Shown: positions 63,997 to 64,000 of the stretch, one piece after another
Position numbering within the stretch: the stretch's first letter is position 1
How the letters are laid out: each line of letters opens with the position of its first letter
NCBI GenBank assembly: GCA_044226015.1
Contig: JBGAHS010000002.1
Coordinates: 657,571 to 721,570 of the forward strand
From: Candidatus Obscuribacteraceae bacterium
GTDB lineage: Bacteria > Cyanobacteriota > Vampirovibrionia > Obscuribacterales > Obscuribacteraceae
Direction: 5' to 3'
Length of the DNA stretch: 64,000 nt
Notes under the pieces: generated by a model
Told to the model about the DNA's origin: nothing
Databases searched by the model: none
The model's input: the letters and a program-made list of their open reading frames with translations, nothing else
Translations under genes and position numbers: made by a program

Positions 63997-64000
63997 CCTT

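Noticed and set aside
1..64000. Genome-wide UGA reassignment (code 4/25) as the cause of in-frame TGAs
   Set aside because: TGA is a normal stop in well-defined genes (gmk with ATGA overlap to rpoZ, cydA, the gene overlapping the larC start)

Overview
Bacterial chromosomal window with no rRNA, tRNA, CRISPR array or transposase that I can support. Housekeeping genes include clpB, dusB, gmk-rpoZ, rqcH, lexA, cydAB, gltA, proS and larC. They are interspersed with TPR proteins, Ser/Thr kinases, two-component genes and low-complexity secreted proteins; the style suggests a non-photosynthetic Cyanobacteriota (Vampirovibrionia/Obscuribacterales-like), which is inference only. Main result: two genes look split by a single in-frame UGA followed by a SECIS-like hairpin, making them candidate unannotated selenoproteins (57885-58241 and 8608-10284). 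Other observations: (1) a REP-like palindrome family, two copies of which lie inside larC and flank a 13x His-rich repeat; (2) a dispersed 66-bp palindromic repeat; (3) a twin-hairpin candidate ncRNA; (4) a HEPN-motif/CBS protein; (5) tandem protealysin-like proteases with no adjacent inhibitor; (6) a ~4.4-kb block bounded by a duplicated response-regulator segment. All calls come from reading the sequence; no searches were run.
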